Assembly: GCF_024521635.1 (NCBI RefSeq)
Contig: NW_026250427.1
Span: forward strand, 434,001 to 498,000
DNA length: 64,000 nt
Direction of reading: 5' to 3'
Source of the DNA: Tricharina praecox
Lineage: Eukaryota
The translations under genes were made by a program, and so were the position numbers. The notes beneath the pieces are model-generated. The model made no database searches. It was given only the letters and a program-made list of their open reading frames with translations, and was not told where the DNA came from. Below are positions 63,014 through 64,000 of this stretch, in pieces. Every line of letters starts with the position of its first letter. Position 1 is the first letter of the stretch.

Positions 63014-64000
63014 ATGGTTGCTACAAAGAAGTGCGGTAAGAACAACCCGTTTCGCTGTAATGATTTCATAAGGCTGACATCCCGCCCCCCAGGTGTCCTC
63101 GGCTGCACCGGCTCGGTCGGCCAGCGCTTCATCCTGCTGCTCTCGGCACACCCGTACTTCTCGCTGCACGCGATCGGCGCGTCCTCCCGCAGCGCCGGCA
63201 AAGCGTACAAGGACGCCGCGCGGTGGAAGCAATCCGCGGCGATGCCCGCGTCGGTAGCCAACATGGTTGTGAAGGAGTGCAAGTCGTCGGAATTCTTGGA
63301 CTGCGACATCGTGTTCTCGGGGCTGGATGCGGACGTGGCCGGCGAGATCGAGGCCGACTTCTTGGGCGCCGATCTGGTCGTCTTCTCGAACGCAAAGAAT
63401 TACCGCCGCGACTTGGTCACCCCCCTCATGGTCCCCCTGGTAAACACGGACCACTTCAGTATCATCCCCCATCAGCAACGGGAGAAGGGGCTCAAGAAGG
63501 GGTTCATGGTCACGAATGCGAATTGCTCCACCACTGGCCTCGTCGTCCCGCTCAAGGCCCTGCAGGATCGCTTTGGACCGCTTGAGGCGGTGATCGTGAC
63601 GACGCTGCAGGCGATCAGCGGCGGTGGTTACCCCGGCGTGCCGAGTATGGATATCCTGGACAATATCGTGCCGTTCATCGGCGGCGAGGAGGAGAAGATC
63701 GAGTGGGAGACCGGCAAGATCCTAGGCAGTGTCAACGACGCGGCCACGGCGTTCGTGCACGTGAACGAGACGAAGGTGTCGGCGCAGTGCAACCGTGTGG
63801 CGGTCATGGACGGACACACCGAGTGCGTTTCTGTCAAGTTTGGTGGCGGGAAGAAGCCGACTGTTGAGGAGGTCAAGCAGGCGATGCGGGACTACGTGAG
63901 TGAGAGCCAGACGCTCGGCTGCCCGAGTGCGCCGAAGATGGCCATCGATGTTAGGGAGGAGGAGGATCGTCCCCAGCCGAGGCTGGACAGGGACACCGAG
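63014..64000 (+). CDS. HOM2: Aspartate-semialdehyde dehydrogenase, 3'-truncated by the window end
   Basis: Exon 63014-63035, intron 63036-63092, then open frame. Motifs GVLGCTGSVGQRF, VFSGLD, FSNAKNYR, NANCSTTG (catalytic Cys), LQAISGGGYPG, GEEEKIEWE, CNRVAVMDGHTE, RPQPRLDRD. The ORF track missed it. Confidence 0.95.
   Translation, partial: MVATKKCGKNNPFRCNDFIRLTSRPPGVLGCTGSVGQRFILLLSAHPYFSLHAIGASSRSAGKAYKDAARWKQSAAMPASVANMVVKECKSSEFLDCDIVFSGLDADVAGEIEADFLGADLVVFSNAKNYRRDLVTPLMVPLVNTDHFSIIPHQQREKGLKKGFMVTNANCSTTGLVVPLKALQDRFGPLEAVIVTTLQAISGGGYPGVPSMDILDNIVPFIGGEEEKIEWETGKILGSVNDAATAFVHVNETKVSAQCNRVAVMDGHTECVSVKFGGGKKPTVEEVKQAMRDYVSESQTLGCPSAPKMAIDVREEEDRPQPRLDRDTE

Overview
Eukaryotic DNA from a filamentous ascomycete (Pezizomycotina; inferred from short GT/GC-AG introns with CTRAC branch points and from samB-, ASH1- and PEX11C-type genes). 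I reconstructed 16 protein-coding genes by hand. They are a 15-exon vesicular-amine-type MFS transporter, a GPI-anchored GH16, a Cys/Met PLP enzyme, PUS4, samB/MUB1, a DUF676-like hydrolase, a Rab7/Ypt7 GTPase, a PEX11 family peroxin, an inositol/sugar transporter, PMT1, a TPR-like mitochondrial protein, a GH47 mannosidase, an EGF-domain membrane protein, ERF2, an ASH1-like SET protein and HOM2 (truncated by the window end). All complete multi-exon models sum to multiples of 3. The first ~4 kb is decayed repeat DNA, including a probable Ty3/gypsy pol relic. The most unusual structure is at the 3' end of PMT1: a four-copy tandem array of an exon+intron unit gives near-identical introns and frame-symmetric cassette exons encoding an acidic repeat tail. 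Other notable points are two GC-AG introns needed to restore conserved motifs, an uncharacterised type II membrane protein with an EGF-like module and a polybasic cleavage site, and a divergent Rab7. I recognised no tRNA, rRNA or CRISPR array. All family assignments come from motif recognition, not database searches.
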